Assembly (NCBI GenBank): GCA_028864975.1
Contig: JAGWLG010000034.1
Span: 1 to 38,957 of the forward strand
Reading direction: 5' to 3'
From: Thermoplasmata archaeon
GTDB lineage: Archaea > Thermoplasmatota > Thermoplasmata > Lutacidiplasmatales > UBA184
Length of the DNA stretch: 38,957 bases
The position numbers and the translations under genes were made by a program. The notes beneath the pieces were generated by a model, which saw nothing but the letters and a program-made list of their open reading frames with translations, ran no database searches and had not been told where the DNA came from. Of this stretch, positions 27,806 to 34,761 are shown one piece after another; the stretch's first letter is position 1, and each line of letters opens with the position of its first letter.

Positions 27806-27813
27806 TTTTATTA
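27806..27813 (+). promoter_or_regulatory. TATA-like box for leaderless tnpA
   Basis: TTTTATTA about 25-30 bp upstream of ATG 27837, with no SD in between. Confidence 0.55.
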
Positions 27814-27836
27814 CTTTTTGTTCAGCCATATTTGGC

Positions 27837-28652
27837 ATGAAACTCTCCGAGTGGGCCCACACTGCCGGGGTGCGCTACGAGACCGCGTGGCGCTGGTTCC
27901 GGCAGGGGATCCTCCCCGTCCCGGCCATCCAACTGCCCACGGGGACGATCCTCGTCCTCCCCCAGGTCCCCTCCCGCGACGGGGTCGCCCTCTATGCACG
28001 CGTCTCCTCACACGACCCACGGGGGGACCTCGACCGACAGAAAGGCCGCCTCGTCTCCTTCGCCACAGGGCGCTCGTTGAAGGTCGCCCGCGTTGTCGAA
28101 GAGGTTGGCTCCGGGCTCAACGGCCGTCGCCCCAAGCTCTTGGCGCTCCTGCGCGACCCCGAGGTGGGGACCCTCGTCGTGGAGCACCGTGACCGCCTGG
28201 CCCGCTTCGGTGCGGAGTACGTGGAGGCGGCGCTCGCCGCGTCGGGTCGGCGCGTCCTCGTCATGGAGGACGGGGAGACCGCCGACGACCTGGTCCAGGA
28301 CATGGTGGACGTCCTCACCTCCTTCTGCGCCCGCCTCTACGGGCGTCGGTCCGCCCGACGTCGGGCCGAACGAGCGCTGGAGGCGGCCGGGGGCCCGACC
28401 GATCGCCCTCGTCTCCCTCTTCGGACCTCCCCAGCGCTCTACGGTCCTGCACCGTCGGGAGGATCACCCGGACCTCTAGCTTCATCCCGTAGGACCGGAG
28501 CAAGGTCTCGACCGCGGGGAGGTCCCGGGCGAAGAGGACCATCGCCCCGCGTCCGAGGCGCCGATGAGGGATCCCGTCGAGCAACCCATGATAGGCGTAC
28601 TCCCGAGCCGACCGGGGGGACCTCACGGTCCGACCGTAGAGCTTCTGGCTGA
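27837..28652 (+). CDS. tnpA: IS607-family transposase TnpA (MerR-like HTH plus serine recombinase); C-terminus reads through about 85 extra codons
   Basis: MKLSEWA...GVRYETAWRWFRQG, YARVSS (catalytic Ser), EEVGSGLNGRRPKL, VVEHRDRLARFG and DLVQDMVDVLTSFCARLYGRRS. Family-like sequence ends near 28390. Confidence 0.92.
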   Translation: MKLSEWAHTAGVRYETAWRWFRQGILPVPAIQLPTGTILVLPQVPSRDGVALYARVSSHDPRGDLDRQKGRLVSFATGRSLKVARVVEEVGSGLNGRRPKLLALLRDPEVGTLVVEHRDRLARFGAEYVEAALAASGRRVLVMEDGETADDLVQDMVDVLTSFCARLYGRRSARRRAERALEAAGGPTDRPRLPLRTSPALYGPAPSGGSPGPLASSRRTGARSRPRGGPGRRGPSPRVRGADEGSRRATHDRRTPEPTGGTSRSDRRASG

Positions 28653-28746
28653 GGCGGGTCATCGAGCCGCGATGGGCCCGGGCCGGCGCCTGGAAGAGGA
28701 GGAGGACGACCTTCTCGTTCCCTGAGGCGAGGTCCGAGCGGGGCAA
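28315..28746 (-). CDS. Small conserved-looking archaeal protein (possible Cas2/VapD/PaaX-C-like ferredoxin fold) as cargo inside the IS
   Basis: TTG start 5 nt after a perfect GGAGGTG. RLSQKLYG...YAYHGLLDGIPHRRLGRGAMV...LPAVETLLRSYGMKLEVRVI resembles a recurring small archaeal family. The fold call is from memory. Confidence 0.6.
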   Translation of the reverse strand: MPRSDLASGNEKVVLLLFQAPARAHRGSMTRLSQKLYGRTVRSPRSAREYAYHGLLDGIPHRRLGRGAMVLFARDLPAVETLLRSYGMKLEVRVILPTVQDRRALGRSEEGDEGDRSGPRPPPALVRPDVGRTDARRGGRRRR

Positions 28747-28751
28747 GCGAG

Positions 28752-28790
28752 CACCTCCGGATTGTTGTTAAGGCAACAACCTTCATATCC
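28752..28790. promoter_or_regulatory. SD, palindromic operator-like site and TATA-like tract between the cargo gene and tnpB
   Basis: CACCTCC (SD on the minus strand) at 28752-28758; GTTGTT-AAGGC-AACAAC at 28764-28780; CTTCATATC at 28781-28789. Confidence 0.55.
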
Positions 28791-28824
28791 CTTTGCGTCC
28801 TCTTCCCTTCTCCCCCCTGGACCC

Positions 28825-30000
28825 GTGCTCAGCTCCACCGCGATCGCCGCGCCCCCTCCATGTCCCTTCCCCGCCCCCTGTCCGCGGACCGGGAAGCACG
28901 AGCGCACCCTGCGCTCCACCAGGTGCTCCCTTCGGTCGATGACCGCCTCCAAGCGTGCGCTCCTCGCTTCGGTGATGGAGGAGTACGGCAGGGTGGTCAA
29001 CCACTTCCTCGACAAGTTCTGGACCCGAAAGTGGTCAAAGAACGAGCTGACCCGGGAGAACCTGGTGGTCCCGGAGACTTGGCTCACGGCGCGACTTCGG
29101 AAGGTCGCGGCGCGCGAGGCGATCGACATGGTGGCCGCCGCCCGGGAGCGGGACGGGGTGTCCGCGAGGAAACCGGTCCATCGCGGCCGACGGATGTGCG
29201 TCTCCTCGACCATCGCCTCGCTCAAGCCCTCCGAGCAGGGTGGGGAGTTCGACGCCTGGCTCCATGTGGCCTCCGTCGGCCGGGGAATCGTGCTCGACCT
29301 TCCACTTCGGTATCATCGCCACTACCACCGGTACGCGAACGACCCCCGCGCCCGTCGGACCGAGTCGTACGTCATCACCCTGGACTCGGTCCAGCTCGCC
29401 TTCGAGATGGACTTCGAGCCCCCGCGCCGTGAGGGCCCCGAGTTCGGGGTGGACAGCGGGATCACCGCGCTCGCCACCCTGTCGGACGGGACACGCCTGG
29501 GGACCGACATGAAAGCCTCGGTGGAACGGGTGAAGCGCTGTCGGCACGGGTCGAAAGGGCAGCAGCGGGCCCGCCGTGCGCTCAAGCAGCGCATGGCCGA
29601 GGTCGCCCTCGAGCTCGTTTCCCGGAACCCCCGGCTCGTCGTGGCCGAGGACCTCCTGCTCCTCTCCTACGGGAGGAAGACACACCGCCGCGTGTCGAAA
29701 AATATGCGGCGGAGTCTCGGTGCGTGGACGAACCGCAACTGGCTGGACCGGCTCGACATGGCCTGCGAGGCGAACCGTGTTCGCTTCGAGCGTGTGCCTC
29801 CGGCCTACAGCAGCCAGCGGTGCCATGCCTGCGGCCACACCGAGAAGGGGAATCGAGCTGGGGAGGTGTTCCGGTGTCGGGCGTGTGGCTACACCGACCA
29901 TGCGGACGTCAACGCCGCGCGGAACCTCCTGGGCCGGTTCTGGGGCCACGAGCCCCGCCCTGCCGGAGCCTACGGTACCGGCTTCCAACGGAAGGCATAG
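28825..30000 (+). CDS. tnpB: Compact TnpB RNA-guided nuclease (IS607-associated); start uncertain (GTG 28825 or ATG 28939)
   Basis: RuvC-I FGVDSG, RuvC-II VVAEDL, Zn finger CHACG...CRACG, RuvC-III HADVNAARNL. Confidence 0.9.
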   Translation: MLSSTAIAAPPPCPFPAPCPRTGKHERTLRSTRCSLRSMTASKRALLASVMEEYGRVVNHFLDKFWTRKWSKNELTRENLVVPETWLTARLRKVAAREAIDMVAAARERDGVSARKPVHRGRRMCVSSTIASLKPSEQGGEFDAWLHVASVGRGIVLDLPLRYHRHYHRYANDPRARRTESYVITLDSVQLAFEMDFEPPRREGPEFGVDSGITALATLSDGTRLGTDMKASVERVKRCRHGSKGQQRARRALKQRMAEVALELVSRNPRLVVAEDLLLLSYGRKTHRRVSKNMRRSLGAWTNRNWLDRLDMACEANRVRFERVPPAYSSQRCHACGHTEKGNRAGEVFRCRACGYTDHADVNAARNLLGRFWGHEPRPAGAYGTGFQRKA

Positions 30001-30041
30001 AACGCTATGCCCGACGAACGGTCACTTCCTCGCAACGTGGT
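29962..30041 (+). ncRNA. Visible 3' part of the predicted TnpB omega/reRNA scaffold plus flank-derived guide
   Basis: Three consecutive hairpins: GCCGG/CCGGC (29962-29982), CTTCC/GGAAG (29982-29994) and GCATAG-AACG-CTATGC (29995-30010). TnpB guide RNAs are known to overlap the tnpB 3' end and the element's right end. The 5' limit is unknown. Confidence 0.5.
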
Positions 30042-30114
30042 CACATTCCGTCCCTGGAACTCAACGAAACGCACTTGGTCTCAAAGGTATTGGTCAAGAT
30101 GGAGTCGACCAACC

Positions 30115-30486
30115 ATGTCCGAAACGGCCCAAGAACCCCCGAAGCGAACCCCGACGAAGGAGACGGTGGACGCCGCCCGCTCGGTCCTGGCCGAGACCGC
30201 CCGGGCTGCCGAGAGCGCCGTGAAGGCGGTCGCCCCGGCCATCCGTGAGGTGGGCACCGAGCTCAAGAAGGCGGGAGATGCCGGGCTCCGAGAGATGGAG
30301 ACCCTCGGGTCGCAAGCTTCGGGCTCGCAGGACCCTCTCGAGGCCGGCGCGGGGAAGGCCGTGGCCCTCGCGGCCAAGGGGACCCGCAAGGTCGCCAAGG
30401 TCGGGATCGGCGTGAGCAAGGAACTCGGCAAGGCGGCGAAGAAGGGGCTGGAGAAGGCGAAGGGCGCAGACCAGCCTTCTTCCTGA
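30115..30486 (+). CDS. Ala/Lys-rich amphipathic helical protein (LEA/phasin-like composition)
   Basis: 123 aa, no aromatic residues, repeated KAV/KVAK/KELGKAAKKG helices. Confidence 0.6.
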   Translation: MSETAQEPPKRTPTKETVDAARSVLAETARAAESAVKAVAPAIREVGTELKKAGDAGLREMETLGSQASGSQDPLEAGAGKAVALAAKGTRKVAKVGIGVSKELGKAAKKGLEKAKGADQPSS

Positions 30487-30515
30487 ACAGCGTCCATCCG
30501 AGGCACGGTCGCGCG

Positions 30516-31307
30516 CTAGGGCAGGATCCCGGTTTCCACGCGGTGAGCACACTCGACGCAGACCCAACCCCGCGGTTTGGGCCCCTCGGAAGGGACCCAG
30601 CGCATGCGTCCCTCGCAGCGGGGGCACCGGGCGTGGCCCCTCAGTTGCGCCGACGCTTGGGCGAACGTCGGCCCCTTCTCCGGGGGCCCGGGACGGGGGA
30701 GCAGGGCAGGGGCCTTCCAGAGGTCCTGGAAGCGTCCCGAGGCCACCACCGCCCGACCGTAGACCGTGGTCTGGCACCGAGTTGAGTCCGGTGCGGGGGG
30801 AAGGGGGTAGGTGGCATCGAGGACGGTCCCCACGGGGAGGTCGCCCGAGAGGGTCTGCAGGGTCCGAGGCTCCGAGCGCCCGTCGGTCTCCACCACCGCC
30901 GACATCAGGACCCCGACCACGTAGGGGCCGGAGTTCTGGGCCAGGAGCCGCAGCTCGACCGGCTCCTCCGGGGGAACCACCTGGAGCGGGATCTCTGCGG
31001 CGTACCGGATACCCACCCCACCGTCGGCCCAGAAGAGCTGCCCGGACCGAGGACGGGGCTCGTTCGCCGGGAAGAGGACTGGCACAGGACCCAGGGAGAC
31101 GGGGGAAGCGAGGTCGCGGGCCCGGACCTTCTCCGGCAAGGGTTCCTTGACCCCGACGGGCGCCGGGGGCGGGACCTTCTCCCGCGGAGCGTCGGCGAAC
31201 GGCGCGTAGCCGCATCGGTCGCAGGTCCAGCCGGTCTCTCGCTTGACCATGGTCCCGACGTGGCACTCGCGACACGCTAGGACGTTCGCCGCAAGATCGG
31301 TCGGCAT
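30516..31307 (-). CDS. Hypothetical protein with zinc ribbons at both termini and a central beta-rich domain
   Basis: N-terminal CREC...CDRCG and C-terminal CPRC...CVECAH; ATG 31307 (the ORF is open from 31421). Confidence 0.65.
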   Translation of the reverse strand: MPTDLAANVLACRECHVGTMVKRETGWTCDRCGYAPFADAPREKVPPPAPVGVKEPLPEKVRARDLASPVSLGPVPVLFPANEPRPRSGQLFWADGGVGIRYAAEIPLQVVPPEEPVELRLLAQNSGPYVVGVLMSAVVETDGRSEPRTLQTLSGDLPVGTVLDATYPLPPAPDSTRCQTTVYGRAVVASGRFQDLWKAPALLPRPGPPEKGPTFAQASAQLRGHARCPRCEGRMRWVPSEGPKPRGWVCVECAHRVETGILP

Positions 31308-31422
31308 GACCGAGCTCCTGAAGCCAGGAGGTAGGCTCCCGCTATGTTTGCCAGAGGTCAATCCGGCTCCACCGAGAAACTGACCGGAGCCCCTCCCCGG
31401 CCGAACCGGTGGGGGCACCATT

Positions 31423-31434
31423 TTTCCCGGGAAA
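31423..31434. promoter_or_regulatory. Perfect 12-bp palindrome TTTCCCGGGAAA between divergent genes
   Basis: Read directly; an instance of the recurrent TTTCC-NN-GGAAA motif. Confidence 0.45.
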
Positions 31435-31483
31435 TCTGCGAAGCTCTACTCCTCCTGACGGGGGCTCGTTGACACCGATCCCC

Positions 31484-32302
31484 GTGCCCGGTCTGGTCAA
31501 GGACGAGCTCTCAGCCCCCGTCGCGTCCCACGGCGCCGACCCCTCGTGTGGGAAGCCGGGACCCCTCCTAATCTCGGACCTCTCGAAGCTTCCTCTGGGT
31601 TCTCACTGTCTCTCGCTCTATGCCTCGCAAGATGAAGCCGCGGACCGTGCCGCCGCCTTCCTGGCCGGGGCCGAGGACCCGCGCTCCGCCCGATACTTTG
31701 TCGCGGGGGACCGGCTCCTTGCCTTCACGCGACGGAAGGTCCGGGAGCGCTCACGTGCCCGCTCCAGCTGCGTCAACGACTTACGCGGCCCGCAGGCGGT
31801 GCGGCAGAGGGATGGTCGCTTCCGTCCCGCTCCCGAGGTGATTCAGTTCGTTTCCGAGCACCCGGAGGGCGTGAGCGCGGGCGGGCAGACCATCACCCGC
31901 TACTGGAGAAGAGAGACGGTCCCCGATCATCTCGAGTATGAGGAGTGGTTCGACCGACAGCCGAGGTCGACCTCCCGCTTCCTCTGCCCGTACGACCTTC
32001 GTGAGGTGCCCGTGGACCTGGCCGCGACCACGCTGCTCGAACTGGCCCATCACCACTCCCACCTGGTCCTCTCCAACGCTGCCGAACCCGCGAGCCTCCT
32101 GCTCCAGCTCCTGGCCCTGCCCGCGGGCACGCCGTTGCCCCCTTTCCATCAACGGGTCCGTGCATGGTGCCTTGAGGAGGGGCTCGTCGAGGAGGAGGGA
32201 AGGACCAATCCGTTGGTCCTCACGGTAGAGGGGGCGACCTTCGCCCGCTCGCTCCGTTCCTTCTCGAAGAAAGGCCTGTCTTCTTCCGAAGTGCTCGACT
32301 GA
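31484..32302 (+). CDS. MEDS-domain sensor protein with C-terminal wing-like extension
   Basis: GSHCLSLYASQDE and EYEEWF...FLCPYDL MEDS-like motifs; C-terminal EEGLVEEE...LVLTVEG. Start uncertain (ORF open from 31409). Confidence 0.7.
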   Translation: MPGLVKDELSAPVASHGADPSCGKPGPLLISDLSKLPLGSHCLSLYASQDEAADRAAAFLAGAEDPRSARYFVAGDRLLAFTRRKVRERSRARSSCVNDLRGPQAVRQRDGRFRPAPEVIQFVSEHPEGVSAGGQTITRYWRRETVPDHLEYEEWFDRQPRSTSRFLCPYDLREVPVDLAATTLLELAHHHSHLVLSNAAEPASLLLQLLALPAGTPLPPFHQRVRAWCLEEGLVEEEGRTNPLVLTVEGATFARSLRSFSKKGLSSSEVLD

Positions 32303-32337
32303 CGGGGTTCCGCCGCCCCTTCGAGGCAGGGTCGGGC

Positions 32338-32703
32338 TCACTCGCCCGACATGGCACGGTCGATGGCCGCGAGCAGCTCGGGGATCTCGAACGGGCGGGG
32401 GAGGAGCGCGCAGGCGCCCAACCGCTTCGCTTTCTCCTCGAACTCCGCCCCATACAGGGGGCTCACAAGGACGACGGGGACCTTCGGCTTCGAGCCTTGG
32501 GCCTTGGAGATCACATCGCCCCAATCTCCGTCGGAGAGCTCCGTGTCGAGCAGCATGACCCCCTTGAACCCCCCCTTGAGGAGGTTCTTGGCCTCCTTGG
32601 CCCCGCTCGCCTCTCCCTTCACCCGGAAGTGGTGGAGCCGCAGGAGGGCCCGGAAGACCTCACGGGCCTCTTCCGCCCCGCCGATGAGGAGGACGTCGGT
32701 CAT
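32338..32703 (-). CDS. Stand-alone atypical response-regulator receiver (CheY-like)
   Basis: VLLIGG (usual DD absent), VMLLD (phosphoacceptor kept), VVLVS, GACALLPRPF (conserved K replaced by R). ATG overlaps the Lrp stop. Confidence 0.8.
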   Translation of the reverse strand: MTDVLLIGGAEEAREVFRALLRLHHFRVKGEASGAKEAKNLLKGGFKGVMLLDTELSDGDWGDVISKAQGSKPKVPVVLVSPLYGAEFEEKAKRLGACALLPRPFEIPELLAAIDRAMSGE

Positions 32704-33266
32704 GGCTCCTCCGCCGTCGGCACCCGTGCTGGGACGCGCTCCAACCCCTTCGGGAGCTGGTGCTCGTCGCCCTCAAGCAGGATCTTGGTGAGCGCCCACC
32801 TCGGGTCCTCCTTCAAGATGCTCTTGGCCGAGAAGGTCGAGGTCCGGTGGATCGCCATGAAGTCGGAGTACTGGGACTGGAGGATGTGGACGAAGCGGTC
32901 GAACTCCTCCAGGTTGCGGAACCCGACCAGGGCACGGTGCGTGACCTCCCCCTCGGGCATGCGGTAGAGGGCCAGCACGTTCTCGTGGCGGGCCAGCTGC
33001 GCTTGGAGCCCGGTACCTCCTCCGCTCTCCCATCCCTTGGGGAGCAGGCGGATCTCGAGGAGCGCGAAGACCTGCAGCCCGAGCGCCGAGACGTCGAGGA
33101 CCGGACGGTAGCCTCGGATGATCCCGGAGCGTTCCAGGCGCAGGCGGATCTTCCGTGCCGCCGTGGGGGAGATGCGCAGCTCTCGAGCGAGCTCGGTGTT
33201 GGTCGCCGTGCCGTTCGCGAGAAGGGCGAGGAGCAGTCCTCGCTCGTGCGCGCTCAATTCGACCAA
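32700..33266 (-). CDS. Lrp/AsnC-family transcriptional regulator
   Basis: ELARELRISPTAARKIRLRLERSGIIRGYRPVLDVSALG HTH, followed by a RAM-like domain. Confidence 0.88.
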   Translation of the reverse strand: MVELSAHERGLLLALLANGTATNTELARELRISPTAARKIRLRLERSGIIRGYRPVLDVSALGLQVFALLEIRLLPKGWESGGGTGLQAQLARHENVLALYRMPEGEVTHRALVGFRNLEEFDRFVHILQSQYSDFMAIHRTSTFSAKSILKEDPRWALTKILLEGDEHQLPKGLERVPARVPTAEEP

Positions 33267-33412
33267 TCCCCTCGCCTATCCTAGGAGTCCTCTTCGTCCT
33301 CCTTCAAAACCAAATGGACTAGAATGGTCAACATATTGAAACCCATCGGTCGGCCCCGGTTCACCCGTTACCTCGGGGAGCCGCTCGGAAGTTCCTCGCG
33401 CCCCTGACGGGC

Positions 33413-34654
33413 TCAGGCGTGGTCGATGTCGGTCGAGATGCGCCGTCCCACCCGCGCCAGCAGGACGAACGCTGGGACCGCGGGCAACATGAGGACCGTC
33501 CAGAGGAGGAGGGGGTTGGTGAACAAGCTCAATCCCGCGCCTCCCCAGAGGGTCGCGAGGAGGTAGCCGAACCCCGTGAGCGCGCTGAACGCCCCGTTGT
33601 AGGCCCCACGCTCCGCGAGGGGAGAGAGGTTCGAAGGGAGGGTGGAGTACGGGATGGCCTCGGTGTTCTCCCCCATCGTGAGGAGGAAGACCACCCCGAA
33701 GAAGACCTCGAGCGGGAAGAGCGCGAGGGCCCCGGCGGCCGCGAGAAGGAGGAACCCCGCCACATAGAGCAGAAGTCCCAGGTTGGCGAGGAGGGTATGC
33801 CGATGCCCTCGAGCGACGCGCGTGGTCCAGGGCTGAGCCACTACGACGAGCACCCCGTTCAGCGAGAGCCCCAGGCCAAGCCATCCGTAGGAGACGTGCA
33901 TGACCGAGTTCACGAAGAGCGGGAAGACGACGTTCCATTGACCCGTGACCACGGCGATGAGCGTCATCCCGATGGTGAACTCGAGGAAGGTGCGGTCCCG
34001 AGCGATGGCCCGAAGGCTCGCTCCCAGGGGAGGGCGACGCGGGACGCCTCCCGTCGGAGCAGCTCCCCCAAGCCCCATCTTGATCCTTCGGTCCTCGCGC
34101 GAGGGGGCCAGCACGAGGGCAAGGTACGAGGTGGAGACGAGAAGGACCATCGTGCCGAGATAGACCACGCGAGCGAACCCTAGGGCCGCGATCAGCAGCC
34201 CCCCCGCCGCCGCACCGGCGGCAAAGCCCGCGTTGTGCCCGATGCGCTGCCACATGAACCCCTGGGTGCGTTCGTGGCCTTCGGCCAGGTCCGCGATGTA
34301 GGCGGAGTTCGCCGGGTTCCCCAGGCTGGTGATGATGGAACCGGCGAGCGCCGCGGCCACGACCCCCAGTAGGGAGCTCACCGACATCGACCAGCCCATC
34401 GCCGCGACGGCCGCGACCTCCCCGACGAGTGTCCATAGGAAGACGGGCCGACGCCCGCGTCGGTCGGTGAGGAGCCCCCCGGCGACCGCGAACGGGATGG
34501 AGACCGCCCCGAAGAGGAAGAGGAGCGCCCCGACCAGCGCGAAGCCGATCGAGAGCACGTTGTGCAGGTAGAGGGCGAGGAACGGTCCGAAGAGCGAGAC
34601 GCCCAGGGCTCGGACCGCCGCCCCGATGGAGAGCGCCCGAAGGTTCCGGTCCAC
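33413..34654 (-). CDS. Major facilitator superfamily transporter
   Basis: About 12 hydrophobic helices; motif A GGLLTDRRGRRPV; PANSAYIADLAEGHER and ERGAYNG. Confidence 0.92.
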   Translation of the reverse strand: MDRNLRALSIGAAVRALGVSLFGPFLALYLHNVLSIGFALVGALLFLFGAVSIPFAVAGGLLTDRRGRRPVFLWTLVGEVAAVAAMGWSMSVSSLLGVVAAALAGSIITSLGNPANSAYIADLAEGHERTQGFMWQRIGHNAGFAAGAAAGGLLIAALGFARVVYLGTMVLLVSTSYLALVLAPSREDRRIKMGLGGAAPTGGVPRRPPLGASLRAIARDRTFLEFTIGMTLIAVVTGQWNVVFPLFVNSVMHVSYGWLGLGLSLNGVLVVVAQPWTTRVARGHRHTLLANLGLLLYVAGFLLLAAAGALALFPLEVFFGVVFLLTMGENTEAIPYSTLPSNLSPLAERGAYNGAFSALTGFGYLLATLWGGAGLSLFTNPLLLWTVLMLPAVPAFVLLARVGRRISTDIDHA

Positions 34655-34761
34655 AGACCCCCATTTCGCCCGCCAGGATTAAGGAAGGCGCTCCGGGTGG
34701 GGATGGCGAGTTCCGTAACGAGCCCGTGTAAGCAAAAGAGGTTCCGAAACGGCACCCCCCG

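Larger units (their letters stand above)
27791..30021 (+). mobile_element. IS607-family element (tnpA serine recombinase plus tnpB) carrying an inverted internal gene
   Basis: tnpA and tnpB are co-oriented; an AT-rich left end begins after GG(G) at 27791-27793; a hairpin cluster and GG at 30020-30021 lie at the right. Boundaries are inferred; an alternative right GG is at 30039-30040. Confidence 0.75.

Noticed and set aside
27677-27862. 62-aa N-terminal extension of PPK2
   Set aside because: It runs through the IS left end and into tnpA; family similarity starts after ATG 27676.
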